Of a stretch of 64,000 nucleotides of DNA, positions 12,773 through 24,751 are shown one piece after another. The notes under the pieces were generated by a model. The model saw only the letters and a list, made by a program, of their open reading frames with translations, searched no databases and had not been told where the DNA came from. The stretch comes from Curvularia clavata. Its lineage: Eukaryota. The stretch's first letter is position 1, and every line of letters begins with the position of its first letter. The position numbers were made by a program, and so were the translations under genes. The DNA lies in contig CP089276.1 of assembly GCA_023920165.1 (NCBI GenBank), forward strand, positions 434,001-498,000, read 5' to 3'.

Positions 12773-13631
12773 GTAGTTAGGCAGGTGTGTAAGGAGAGGA
12801 AGCATTGCATCGTATAAACTTCATGTCCTAGTGAAAGCCCCTGTAGAGTATGCGGAGGAACGAGGCTCTAAAATTATAGTACTGAAGCACTGCCTGGTCT
12901 CCCTAGTTCATTTGGAGAGAGGAAGTACGATAGCGGACGTATTATTACACCGTTATCGTACTAATGGCCTGAGAGACGACAGGCACCACAGTGGTCCCAT
13001 TTTCTGATCCAATCCGCGTCACGGAGTGTGTAGACGTTATTATGTAAGCTAGAGACTCATATGTGAAGACTGATCGGATAAAACTTTTGCAAATAATTTA
13101 GTGATTGCTTGCTCTCTGACATTTGATCCTTCTGACTTCGATGAGACTTTTGTTCACGCTGGAAGACTTCAGGGTCGTGTTGCTGAGTGATTCTCGTATC
13201 TAGATATCATGCCATTTTCTAGATATCTTTGTTATTTTGATGAGATCAAAGTCGAATTTGCGACAGTCAACTTGTTTGCTGTAGGGTTGGCTGCGATAAC
13301 CAAATGATCATATTCATAGCGTTAACATCTATCAGTACGTCTTGAAACTACAGATATGGTACTCTGCATACAAACCGGTTTAATTGTCGTAGTTAAGAAA
13401 AGGGTGACAAACCATTTCGGGGCGGAGATACCAGGTCTAAGGAAATTCACAGCGAATCCCCTCAGGGCACTATCAAGACGGAGCTAATAGACGGAGCAGT
13501 ATGAAAAATGTTATTTCAACAACTTTGGGTTTCAACGCCTGCAGAGCGAATCACCTCAAGTATGTATGCGAACGGCTTAAAAGCCGCTATAACAAAAAAA
13601 CATTGGCCTCCGACTACAAAGATACCCTCTC

Positions 13632-14120
13632 TTATGTTGTCATGAACCACCAATGCCTCCGTTTTCTTCTCGTCAAATCGTATTCCTCTGCATCTGTCCG
13701 TCCGAGGATTGCATCGTAGCACGGCCTCTTAGTCGATGTGACCCAGAACCGTGTGGTTTGTATTCGCTTATTATTATTTGCAAAACACCAAGTAAGATCC
13801 ACGTATCCTTCTATTCTATCTCCCCGATAATATGTAGGTGCACTCGGCTCCGTCTTCTCGTCGATGGCATGCACTATTACTTGGAGCACTTGCGTGACCA
13901 GATCAAGCGAGATGACATTGAAGCCTATTCCCGGATCGTTGGTGAGAATGGCATGGTGCCAGTTATCTGATCTGTCCTTTTGCGGCGCCTTTATTTCAAT
14001 CTGAGTCGGCTGGTATAGTCGTAGTTTTTTCTGCATTGCGTCAACAATAGCTGATGAAGAGAGGAAATAACTCACCGTGAATAGCCAAGAAATAAACAGT
14101 CCGCAGTTGATTGAAGGCAT
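13632..14120 (-). CDS. Small retropepsin-like (clan AA) aspartic-protease-fold protein with atypical DPG motif; probable 45-nt intron 14031-14075
   Basis: ILTNDPGIGFNVIS lies at the D-T/S-G position, then G.V.L.W, RFWV and YDAILGR (retropepsin C-terminal hydrophobic-LG motif). In-frame GTGAG...TTGAC...CAG intron. Confidence 0.6.
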   Translation of the reverse strand: MPSINCGLFISWLFTVSYFLSSSAIVDAMQKKLRLYQPTQIEIKAPQKDRSDNWHHAILTNDPGIGFNVISLDLVTQVLQVIVHAIDEKTEPSAPTYYRGDRIEGYVDLTWCFANNNKRIQTTRFWVTSTKRPCYDAILGRTDAEEYDLTRRKRRHWWFMTT

Positions 14121-15190
14121 ATTTCGAAATACACGTACTCTTGCAACAAAAGTATGACACTCGCTGCCGTGGTTATATCAGATGCTCTTAGTTTGACATC
14201 TGATGCGTGAGCTGAAAGACTATGCGAAGGTTGTTTTTTGAAGGACTTTTCTGATATACATAGGTCATAGGCTGAGCCAATAGTGTCTGAGGAACCAAAC
14301 GTCCTTCATCGGGTCTCATGCGGCTTGTGATCGGTGCACCACTTGCCACTCCTAAGGTTATTCGGCAGTGCCACATTCAATAGTAGGACATGGGGCATCC
14401 CAGAACTTTGGCGTATGGCTGAAAAGAAGGCAGCCAGGCTGAGCGTCGCACAGTGGCTTACGGTAACCGGTCAGGGCAGGGCTAAATCGTGCTAGCGTAG
14501 GCTACAGGAAACAGTTTTCAAGGAAAATTTGTTGCCTATAATAAGGCAGTGCACGCTGGGAAATGTCGAAGTCCCGTCCTGAAGGACGCGTTACTTGGCC
14601 ATTGTTGTACGGAGATGCGGGTGCGCTGCAGGACCATTAGCGCCGGAACACGCGTGTCGCCGCTGATGGATGACAATCACCCAATGACACCTTCATTTAC
14701 ACGTGAGTGCACATTATGGCGCAGCCACTTCCAAAGGCGTCTTACCGGTTTCCAAGATATCTGTTTCGTGGCCCAGATTCGCAATTGATACCTTCACGTG
14801 TTCCTACATTGCCGTCATAGCAAGGTACAAATGTCGTTCAGGAGGAAACCCTATTGAAGTCATTCTCATTATGTTTAGAAAGCCATGTCTTTAAGCCATG
14901 GTTGTAATAGCAGCCGCCCTTGCGATGAATGGGGCTGAGCAACAGGAATGACGTGTTTCAGAAAGGCTGGAAGGACTCTCAGCCTGGCGCTTAAGGCAGC
15001 CACCTGGCGCTTCAGTCCCGAGAGGCCTCCCAGCATCTTCATGCAGTTGGGAGTCACTATGCAGAATACACCGGACTATGAAGAAGGACTGTTTGGCAGT
15101 GTTATATGCTTTGCCCAGGATACATGGCTATAATGGAAAGTCTAGTCCGCTACCACAAAATCAACGATACCTCCGGATAACGACAAGAAC

Positions 15191-16188
15191 ATGTCTGTGC
15201 CGCACGATCCACTTCGCGAGCATGTTGTAGGATATCCGAAGCTAGCTGCGCAGATAGGGATACTCCCCGAGCTTGCTATATTCCGCCGGTTCGGTGCTCT
15301 CAATGCCCAAAATCTCCTGTACATGCAGGCTGAACTGGCGTACCTAGAAACGAAGCTGAAGGAACAACAACAGGTTGATAGTACCAATCCGTCCGGGAAA
15401 AGATCAGTATACGCGCTGAACTGGTATTGGCTGAAAGCATCGGAGGGTACCGGCGCAGACGAGCAGCAAACACTGATTCTAAGGATTAGGGAGGTGCTTA
15501 AAGAGTACAGTCCGTAGAAGTCCAAGGCAAGAATAGTCATAAACTTGTACTGACGATGGCAGATGATGCGCTCATTCAACAAGCCGAAATCCTCAAGTAT
15601 CCTAAGCCCGGCAACTGGGATCTTCACCATATGCAGAATTACCTCCATTCAGAAGCAATGGGAGAAGACTCATTGCTTGGTTATGACTCGAATACATGGG
15701 GCTCCGTGTTCGATCGCAAGTCTCAGAAGCCAGACTTGGTCACTCTCTGCCCCCGTGAGAAGAAGGACGCCTTCTCCACTTGGGCAGCTGAGAATGCCAT
15801 CGGCGGTCTTTTCAAATGTGGCTGTGCTCGATTCATGAAGCCATCAAAAACTCATGGGGTCGTTGGCTATCGAGATAGCACGGTATACCATATCACATTC
15901 TGGATTACCAGTATCGTCGCCTCTCTTATCCCAATAGCGTCCATTGTGGTCCTGTACGTAGTCAAGTCCATGACTGCTCGACTTGGAATCATTGCTGCCT
16001 TCAACGTCCTGGTGTCGGTTTGCTTGGTGGGTTTTACAACCGCAAAACGCGCCGATATTTTTGCCATCACAGCCGCGTAAGTACCTTAGAGAGTACCACT
16101 CTTGATACTCGAAATTTTGACACAAAATTCTAGGTTTGCAGCTGTACAAGTCGTTTTTGTAGGTTCAGATCAAGTCACAAGAAGCTGA
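15191..16188 (+). CDS. DUF6594-like fungal membrane protein; exons 15191-15509, 15563-16076, 16134-16188 (a further 5' exon is possible)
   Basis: Family motifs GYPKLAA, IFRRFGALNAQNLLYMQAEL..LE, LKEY/NDAL, DLVTL, three C-terminal hydrophobic segments and terminal TAAFAAVQVVFVG. GT-AG introns restore the frame. Confidence 0.85.
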
Positions 16189-16738
16189 CTCTGATGGTGG
16201 TGTAAACTTCAGCGGGTGATCGTTCAGACAACTCAAATTTTATAATAGTAGATTCACAAGTACATTAAATTCATAACTTAAATACCCGTGCTAGGGAAGC
16301 CACAGTAAGACTTAATCAGTTATGCTAACTCCATGCTTGAGATAATACACATTGCGAAAACAGAGAAAAAAAATCCAAACGCCACCGGTAAGTTGGCCTT
16401 CGAGGGCGCTGTTGAATGCAGCACATGCCGTGTCCAGAAAGGCTAGTTCATGCACGCAAGCGTCAGCCCCGAGGTGGGGGAGTCGTCTTGGATCACTCAG
16501 CTAGCAACTTAAATTGCCCTCGCCCCCACCAAAGATGCAGCACGAAAATGAGTCTACTATGAAAGCCAACCTGGTACCTACCCCCTCTCCCATGTGTCAT
16601 TTCTGTGGCCGCCCTGATCGTAAATGCTGGTTTTTGTTTACGGCGATTGCTGAAAGATGGTTTCAACCAGTGGTCTAGTATCCATGAAGTCGGTAATTCG
16701 TTAACCTTTTTGTCGAAAACAGTGGACACTGGGTATCG

Positions 16739-17665
16739 CTAGCGTGAATGGGAGTTGGAAGCCTTAGCCTTGCGTGCCTAGACAGGTCAGTATCATCGTC
16801 CTGGTTCAGTTGACACAGCTACATACCTCTTCCTCAGCCTTCCTCATTTCCTCTTGTTCTTTCTGCCTTTTCTGTTCAAGCTCTTGCTGCTTCTCGATGG
16901 TGATACTAGCTGCTACATACGTGTTAGTAACTGGGCTACTATAGCTAAAGGGCACAACATACGCTCGACGGGTGGGCGACGTCCACGGAAATTTGCGAAG
17001 AATCTTGGATTTAGTTGCACCAGCCGCAGTTCGTTGATGGTAATGCTGCCGATGATCAGGTCGAAATTGTTCGAGTCGACAACCTTGAACGTGCAGATTT
17101 CGTAGCGTGGCCGGAAGGTGTCATCTTTGTCGTGTTTCAACGGGTACCATCTTCCCTGAACCTCACCCAAAAACTGGATTTTATCATCACCCAGCTGGAC
17201 AATACTGGTGGCACTGATAGAGGGTTGCCACTCGACCCCATTATCTTCGAGGAATTGGCGAGTGACCAAGTTGTACGTGCTCCCGGTATCAAACAAGACT
17301 ACCCCATGGATGTAATGGGGAGGCCAACATGAGTTCTCCCCATCCCGAAAATGGATTTCGACTCTCCGCACGAATGCTTCATGCTCTTGGGATGGAACAA
17401 CGGTTTGAGTGGACCGAGTATCAAACGATACTGTCCCATGTATGTAATCAGGAGACGAGAACGAATTCTCTACATTCCGAATGGATATGTCGACTGTCCT
17501 GTCAACGTTTCCATTTTCCTGGGGTGGAATGGAGGTTTGAGTGGACTGGGGCGGGGTCGAGGCGGCGTGGTGAGTTGAGACAGAGGACGGCAGGCGAGAT
17601 CTGATGAAGGTCCTGAGCCTTACGTAGGAGGCACGTATGTGCCCACGCAGCTTTGGTTTCTTCAT
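16739..17665 (-). CDS. Retropepsin-like aspartic protease with C-terminal coiled-coil tail; exons 17665-16963, 16912-16827, 16777-16739
   Basis: VLFDTGSTYNLV (catalytic DTG at ~17290), LGEVQGRW and FKVV..FDLIIG. Two GTATGT...(CTAAC/CTGAC)...TAG introns give the tail EKQQELEQKRQKEQEEMRKAEEEARKAKASNSHSR*. Confidence 0.8.
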
Positions 17666-19386
17666 CCCCCCTTACTGTCTTTAGTGGGGTGTGAACACGA
17701 GATGAGGAGTAGCTTAGTTGGTTCTAGCTGTCTCTGGCTGCTTGTAAGCTTGAGCTCAGCTGCTTGTGAGACACGTTTTTCTATCGAGCACTCACTGAGA
17801 GTTAGAAGGAGGTCCCTTGTACTTATTGGGTGTACTGTCAAATGTAGCTGTGACTGTTACTTGGATGACAACGAAACCAACACCAGGGAGAGGGGGCTAA
17901 AATCACGACGGCCACAGCTTCCGGAAACAGTGATCTATGTAACAAGACGGAAGTAGGCAGTGTTGTTAGTTTTGAAGCTCGAAGAGTCGCCTGCGTCCTG
18001 TGGCGCAAGGACGGTGGGACTTCTACACCAGGCTGACTACGAGCAGATTGCTAGGTCCTCAGGCTATCTTTTGCCTTCCGGATCACTCGCTCATTTGCTG
18101 CAACCTCTACTGCGCCTCAACAAATGGTGTGGAAGCGCCCATTCGGGAAGTCAACCTCTCGCCGGACGTGCGGGCTACACGAGGAAAAGATTCTGTGTGC
18201 GAATGGGATCCACGCTTCCCATAATCCAGCTGAGTTCGAGCACGCACATCCCTGTCTCGAAATCATTTGCCTGATGGTCCTCCTCTCCAGCCACAGCACC
18301 AGAACCTCAAAAGGCAGAGAGGTCGCACAAAGACCGCACGTTTGCACGCGCAAAAAGCCACATGATCTCATTTTTAGTGTTTGTGACGGCTAAGTCGTGA
18401 ATTGTCCTCCTCGGGCGCAAGGTTCGAATTGTCTCGTAGTTGGTCACATTACCTAACCCAAACCTTGGGCACCATTAACCGACAGTGGTGACCAGCACAA
18501 ACGATCTCAACACATACACTCTCGAAGGACCTGAGGCGCAGTGCAGAAAGGTAACAAAAGAATATGTACGCGTCCATTACGTCCCTACAGGACCTGTGTC
18601 ATTGAACGGATGCCTCAGTAACAATATTGCGATCACGTTTTGGACCCCAAATCACTGCTCTGCTACCACGTCCTCCACGCTCTTTTGCCACATCATCGTA
18701 AACGTGTTGTATTTAAACCTGCCAACAAGCACCTAGACAACGGTTTTTTCGTCACCAAACTCGCGCTCTTCTAGCGACCCCCTAGCATTTTATAGCATAT
18801 ATCATAGCAATGTAAACTTCATATATTTTTAGTTTCAATACAGATCATATCCCACAACATAACTACCTTCAAACCTTTCTTTCTCATGCATGACTATCTT
18901 CGTTGTGAGTAACTGGACATATAGGTAAACGTTCATGTTACTAAAGACTAAGTTACATTTGGAATCTAAGGCAGGTGTACAGTATTGAAACGCCGCTGTT
19001 TGCTAGATTACACTTAGTTGTATTGTGTTATCCATGAATACGTTCGCAAGTAGTCAAGTATACTAGACCCCAAATGCCATTCAGAACTTCATCACTAGGC
19101 CACCAGACGACTTGACTCGTTCCAAGACCAGAAGGAAGCATGGCAAGTGATTGAAGATATTTCTGCAAAAACCCATGTAGCTCGCATCTGATGCGTAATG
19201 TGTCCCGAACCCGGGTTTCATGACCAAAGCCAAGATGGAAAGGGGAATGGGAACTGAAGGTGAAAAGTGGAGTGGCTATACCAAACAACACTTCCTCACT
19301 GTGCGTATGAGTCTTCACATGATCCCCTGGCTTTGGATTCACAGACTTCATTCAAACTAACTAAACGTATCTTGGCCCAGCTCCCC

Positions 19387-20223
19387 TCAAGCATCCACCT
19401 TGGCTGCAGAATCCGCGACCTCATCCGCCGTCTGAGCAGCCTCCTTGTCCTCCTTTTGTTCCTTCTTTTCCACCTGTTCCTTACTCGGCACAGCGTCCTT
19501 GTTGTCTACAAGCTTCTTCACCACCTGGACGGTAGCAGCGGGACCGCCGGGTTCAGCAGCCAGCACCTTACCGGCCTTGTCGACAACAAAGACGCCGCGG
19601 GTGGTGCCCTTGGGCGCCTTCTTGAAGCCGATGGCTGAAATGAGAGTCTGTGTCGGGTCGCAGAGCAGTGCATACGGGAGCTTCTGCTTGGTCTTGAAGG
19701 TGGTGTTGGCTTTGGGGCTGTCGGACGAGAGACCGTAGATCGAGTACCCGGTAGCCGTCAGGGCCGTGTACGAGTCGCGGAAAAGACAGACTTGTGTTGT
19801 ACCTGTGCGAAGATGTGTGTGAGCTACCGCTATATACGCGATGTGTGGAGGGGTATGACGCGACTTACATCCGGGGGTTGAGGCTTTAGGGTAGGTGAAG
19901 AGTACCACGCCGCCCTTGCTTTCTTCTACGAGCTTCGCAAGGGTCGTCTTGTCTCCGTCGTTGGTTTCGATCTCCCCGCCAAACGAGGCGAGGTCAATTG
20001 TGTCACCGACCTTGGGCGCGCCGCCAGACGCAGCAGAGGCGCCATTGCTCTTGCCAACAACGGCTTTCTTCACAGCTTCCACTTTCTCAGTGACCACATC
20101 CTGTACCTTTTCGACGACAGTTGGCTCGGTTTCAGCCTTTTTGCCCTTGGTAGGCGCCTTTTTCTTTGCTGGCGGTGCTGGCGCTGGGGGCGCCTCTTTG
20201 CGCTTCCGAAGCTCGACTGGCAT
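19387..20223 (-). CDS. DOT5: Peroxiredoxin Q/BCP family (Dot5-like); 66-nt in-frame intron 19803-19868
   Basis: FTYPKASTPGC|TTQVCLFRD (peroxidatic and resolving Cys after splicing), YGLSSD, LLCDP, RGVFVVDK. Basic N-terminus resembles a nuclear localisation signal. Confidence 0.9.
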   Translation of the reverse strand: MPVELRKRKEAPPAPAPPAKKKAPTKGKKAETEPTVVEKVQDVVTEKVEAVKKAVVGKSNGASAASGGAPKVGDTIDLASFGGEIETNDGDKTTLAKLVEESKGGVVLFTYPKASTPGCKSRHTPPHIAYIAVAHTHLRTGTTQVCLFRDSYTALTATGYSIYGLSSDSPKANTTFKTKQKLPYALLCDPTQTLISAIGFKKAPKGTTRGVFVVDKAGKVLAAEPGGPAATVQVVKKLVDNKDAVPSKEQVEKKEQKEDKEAAQTADEVADSAAKVDA

Positions 20224-20940
20224 GTTGAGACAAGGACAACGAGTTGAGTCGCGGTCGCGGTCGCGTTAGTGTCGCGGGAGTATCAAGGCTAACTAAGAGT
20301 AAGAGCAAAGAGTTGGGCAGCCGGAAGCTCGGGGCTGAGTGATTGAGGTCGTGGGGAGTTTAGGTAGGACAGTTGGTGGACCGTCTATGTACGAGCCAGC
20401 AAGCTGTGGTACCACTGTCGCAGGAGAAGCAATGGCACAGCTAGCAGTACCGTGTCGTCGACGAGAGATGCTGAGTGCGATGAGCGCGAATCAGCAGAGC
20501 AAGGAGGTGTGTCTCATAGTGATCTGACCTCCGAGGGCCAGGTCGTCCAGCCTCCTCACTTGGCGCTGCCGTCCATATTAACATTAGCCAGATTACATGA
20601 GCCTGCGTCTGGTCTCCGAAAACAGCTTATCTGGGACGGGCACTGGGGTAGGGAGACGCTTGTTATTGGCTGGGTGACGTGAGGAGTCGTGAGGAGCGTG
20701 CCGATGCGCTGCACCGCAGGAAGCATGTCCCCGGTCGCGCCAAAACGCCGCTCCCGAAATCCACCAATTCATTCAAGTCTCGACTCCAACACTGCATACT
20801 GCGCGTGTCTGTTGAGCGTATGCGCTTTGTGCGATTATGTACTGTTCAGGATATTCACATCGTAGTAACCAGCCCTGGGTGGAACCCGTCATTGGGGAAG
20901 AGCTCCCTCCCAACGCATAGGTAATCCCAACGTACATGGT

Positions 20941-22819
20941 TCAGCCGTCATCCATGCCTCCCGCTGCCCAGCTGACGGGATGCCAATTGTCCTCGCAAGA
21001 AAACACCTTGCCGCCTGAACCATCATGCAGGGCCCGGCCGGACGACCACATGCCCAAGCCAAACTGTAGCACAAAGTTAACCCACGCGTCCACCTCGAAC
21101 GAGGAGAGCAAAAGAGACTTACAATAGCCATTCCCAGCACGACAATAGAGCAGTTGATGATTGTAAAGATTGCCAGCCGCTTCGACGAGAACAGTCTTCC
21201 ATTTGCTTTGTTGTGCCACAGCCAGAGCAACGGAGGAAAGGCATCTGCTCATGTTAGTGAACTGGCCGAATTTCGTTGCTCGGAACAAAAAAGCTTTGCA
21301 GCAACTTACAGCTGAACCAACTCCCAAAGAGCGCGCCGATCAAGCCCAACAGCAAGTTGAAGCTTGGAATTGCCTCCGCCAAAATCCAACTTGCTAGCCA
21401 TGCCCCCGAGCAAATCCCCCACCAGCTGCCCAAGCTTTTCCAGCTCTTGGTGTGTACCTCGTCTGTGCCCTTCCACATCCGGAGGTAGATGTACTTGGTA
21501 GCTACTGATCCATTGACCACTCCAGCAATTATAATCGTTGGCAGTGCTATGCCAAAGCAAATCTTGCTGACTAGAGGCGATGCGGAACCGATAGCGGGCG
21601 ACGAAACGAGCGGTCCGGCGTAGTAGTATATGACGGCTGAGATGAGCAGGTAGAAGGTTACTGCGATGCCTTGTTCAAAGAAGAGAGCTTTTCGGAAGTC
21701 GCGCGGATCCTTGAGTTCAGATGCAAAGGAGAAAAACGCGACATGCCCGGCTACAGTGCGTCAAGGGTGATGCTCTTCTCAAGCAAGAGGCATGTACTCA
21801 CTGTAGGCGAGCACAATGTTCATGACAGGTCCAAGGCCTTTGTCCAGCGGTACATTGGGTCGTATAGCCACCATGTGGTTCATGTCTGGCTTCTGGATGC
21901 CAATTGCACCCATGGTAATTGTCACCCCTATGATAACGGAGAGACAAGCTATGGGTTGGTAAGCCGAACCGCCCGTACTTCTGTGCGCGCCTTGACTTAC
22001 AGAAGATGCTAAAGTAGCTGATATTCTTAAATGTCCTTGGGAGCCCCAATAAGAAGGAGATAACCAGCCCAGCAACACTAAAGATGATTGTACAGGTACT
22101 ATGGTTAGTCATTGCGTTCATGGCCACGGCAAATGTTAGGATGTGCGCGCCCATGATGAAGATCAACACCAACACTTGTCCCACGGCAATTGCTTCGTAG
22201 GCGACGCGTCCACTCATAAGCTGCCCGCAGTCAGCATATGATTGCACCGATGGATGTACAAGTTTGAATTCGCCAATCAGGTATCCGGTGTATGTGGCGA
22301 TGATCCCTAGTAGGCATATGCAGAGCATGCCTGGAATGATCCCGAGGATTGCTAGAGCTTGAGGGAGCGCCAGAACACCAAGAGAAACGTTTTCGGCTAG
22401 CATTACTTGGTATTGTCAGAGTAGGACAGTGCAGTTAGAGAGGCAGATCTCACAGATGCCTACGTTCCTATGGTCTCGGGTCAGCAAGGACTCATGAAAG
22501 GATGGCAAATGTATTAGGTTGCGTCGAGTAGCTTTGGTTCGACGCCGTACTTGAACGCTTTGCTGGATTAGAGAAGACGTTTCAACACTTACCACCATTT
22601 GCACGTCTTGTACTGTACTTCGGCGCCCTCTTCATTACCGAATACATCGTCCTCCACAGCTGGTCTGATTTGTGTTTCAACATCGGACGCTGCGGACAAG
22701 GGTTGCGGCAAGGATTCTTGTTTGATTGCAGTGGCCTGTTTGGCAGTCTGAACTGCGGCGTGGTTGAGGCTTGTGTACGGACGACTGTTACTCGAATTCA
22801 CTGCGCTGAGTTTAGCCAT
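20941..22819 (-). CDS. Neutral amino-acid permease (AAAP/Aa_trans family, Neurospora Mtr-like), multi-exon
   Basis: YKTCKWW-NVGI-LMLAENVSLGVLALP, YTGYLIGEFK, LPRT, VNGSVATKYIY and AEAIPSFNLLLGLIGALF. Several GT-AG introns, including a 14-nt micro-exon. Confidence 0.9.
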
Positions 22820-23785
22820 TGTCGACGGAGAAGCAATGGCGCCTACGAATGGATGGTAAATAGAAAGAGAATCGATTTTCGTGCCAAAGAGACCTTTGTA
22901 TGTAGAGAGAGGTGTCCCAATAAGTCGAGAATGGTACCTCCATACCAACTGATAGGTCAAAGATACGGGAACCGTAATAGTCGGCTCCAAAACAGGTGCA
23001 TACATTCATGTGCCTTTGAGGGGGTGCCATATTTCCAATAGGACATGACGTTTCCCTTCGGTATTGGAAGGGGCTGACCAAACATATCTTGCGGGATTTC
23101 AAGCACAGCCTTTTGCGGCCAAGGTTGTGGGTAGTGTACCATGGAACTTGGGGATATGAACACAGCAGCCAAAAAGATGTTACAGTGACACAAAACTCCA
23201 TATAATGTGTATGATAAGGGTTCCAGACGGTGTGATACTCACAGGTGCAATTGTCTTCACAAAATATCAGATGTCAACACCTGCTGCTAACCATGGTTGA
23301 AGTCATGCCGCGCAGCATGGACATCATTCATACAATCTCATAATCCGATAAGAAATGTGAGGTGATGTGGCTATTGGTTCTGCTCAACATGCGTGCATAT
23401 GCACTAAAGGACGATGGCTTCTGCTCGCATTGCGCACTTGATGATGAGTGTAAGATTGTTGATTTGGAGCACGTCCAGTTGCATCGAATCGACAACCCGT
23501 CATTCTAGGCGATTTCCTTCTGAAGCGTATGGAGCATGATTTTGTAGTGTCGTGTATGTATAGCGGAAGAATACCTACTTACCGCAGAACCACCGACGTC
23601 ATCACGTGGGTTGGCGAAACTCGCGCGACGTCAGGTCATCGTTGTCGATTCCGCCACTTCCCCAATACACTTTCCACGAACGTAACTCCACCCGCAAAGC
23701 CGTAATTCATTGCCAACGTGGAACTCCCATGTTAGCAGCCTTCACAGTCGTCTTGGAGATATATTAACGCCTCCTGAACAGCGAA

Positions 23786-24751
23786 ATGTCGTATCCAACT
23801 CGCTCTCGATCAGGAGTAACGCGCAAACGCAATTTTGCGACCTACGCCGACGATGCGCCCGTCCATTACCAGTCGTCCCCCACAGCACCTTCGAGTAGCA
23901 AAATAGAAGTGATTGATCTCACACAAGATTCGCCCAAGAAAGTGCACGTTCAGAAGAAATCCAAGTGTCATGGCGATGCGCCGGTCCCAGAGAAGCGAGC
24001 CAAGATGTTTCGCAAGAAGGCGCCACAAAGCTACCTGACTGTGAAAGAAAGAGCTCTCATACAGCGCCTGACAGTACTTTCGCGCGAGCGCTGTGGCAGC
24101 GACGATGTACCCGAGGAGAAAGTTACAATTGCAGGCTCGACAGGCAACGTCTATACCGTTTCAATTGGCCTCATTCCCTCATGTGACTGTCCACACGCGA
24201 AGAAGGGCAATCAATGCAAGCATGTTGTATATGTCATGCTCCGAGTTTTGAAGGCACCAGAGAATATCGCCTACCAGCTAGCTCTTGTCAGCTCTGAGCT
24301 GCGTGAGCTCATCAAGAATGCGCCGCCAATCCCAGGAATTGAGACGAATGGAATGAATGGCACTGAGCAAGACGGTAACCGAAAACCTATTGAAGGCGAA
24401 TGTCCCATCTGCTATGACGAACTTGATAAAAAAGAAGATATTGTCTACTGCAAGAGTAGTTGTGGAAACAATATACACAAGGTTTGCATGCAGAATTGGA
24501 TGGCCGCAGCGCGGGGCAAGGCAACGTGTCCGTATTGTCGGGCCAAATGGGAGGCAGAGGCGGGTTTGGAGGGCAAGCTTGGCAGCATAGACACCAAAGG
24601 GCTACAGAGGAACGAAGATGGTTACGTCAATGTCGCTGCTCAGTTAGGGTTGTCTGGTCAGAGAGATTACTCTACGTACCACCCATTCTGGGTACGATCG
24701 CACCTGGGTTACAGTGGAAGAAGAGGCTATGACTCCTACTACGATGATTAA
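23786..24751 (+). CDS. SWIM zinc finger + RING finger protein (putative E3 ligase)
   Basis: GSTGNVYTV..PSCDCP..CKHVVYV (SWIM) and CPICY..YCKSSCGNNIHKVC..W..CPYCR (RING). Confidence 0.9.
   Translation: MSYPTRSRSGVTRKRNFATYADDAPVHYQSSPTAPSSSKIEVIDLTQDSPKKVHVQKKSKCHGDAPVPEKRAKMFRKKAPQSYLTVKERALIQRLTVLSRERCGSDDVPEEKVTIAGSTGNVYTVSIGLIPSCDCPHAKKGNQCKHVVYVMLRVLKAPENIAYQLALVSSELRELIKNAPPIPGIETNGMNGTEQDGNRKPIEGECPICYDELDKKEDIVYCKSSCGNNIHKVCMQNWMAAARGKATCPYCRAKWEAEAGLEGKLGSIDTKGLQRNEDGYVNVAAQLGLSGQRDYSTYHPFWVRSHLGYSGRRGYDSYYDD

Noticed and set aside
13632..17665. Retrotransposon interpretation of the aspartic protease motifs
   Set aside because: No gag, RT, RNase H, integrase or LTR seen, and the genes carry spliceosomal introns.
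18385..18445. GGTTCGAAT resembling a tRNA T-loop
   Set aside because: No T-stem, acceptor stem or D-arm pairing could be built around it.
19028..19351. 107-aa ORF just downstream of DOT5
   Set aside because: Non-ATG start, lies in the probable 3' UTR, and has no motif.
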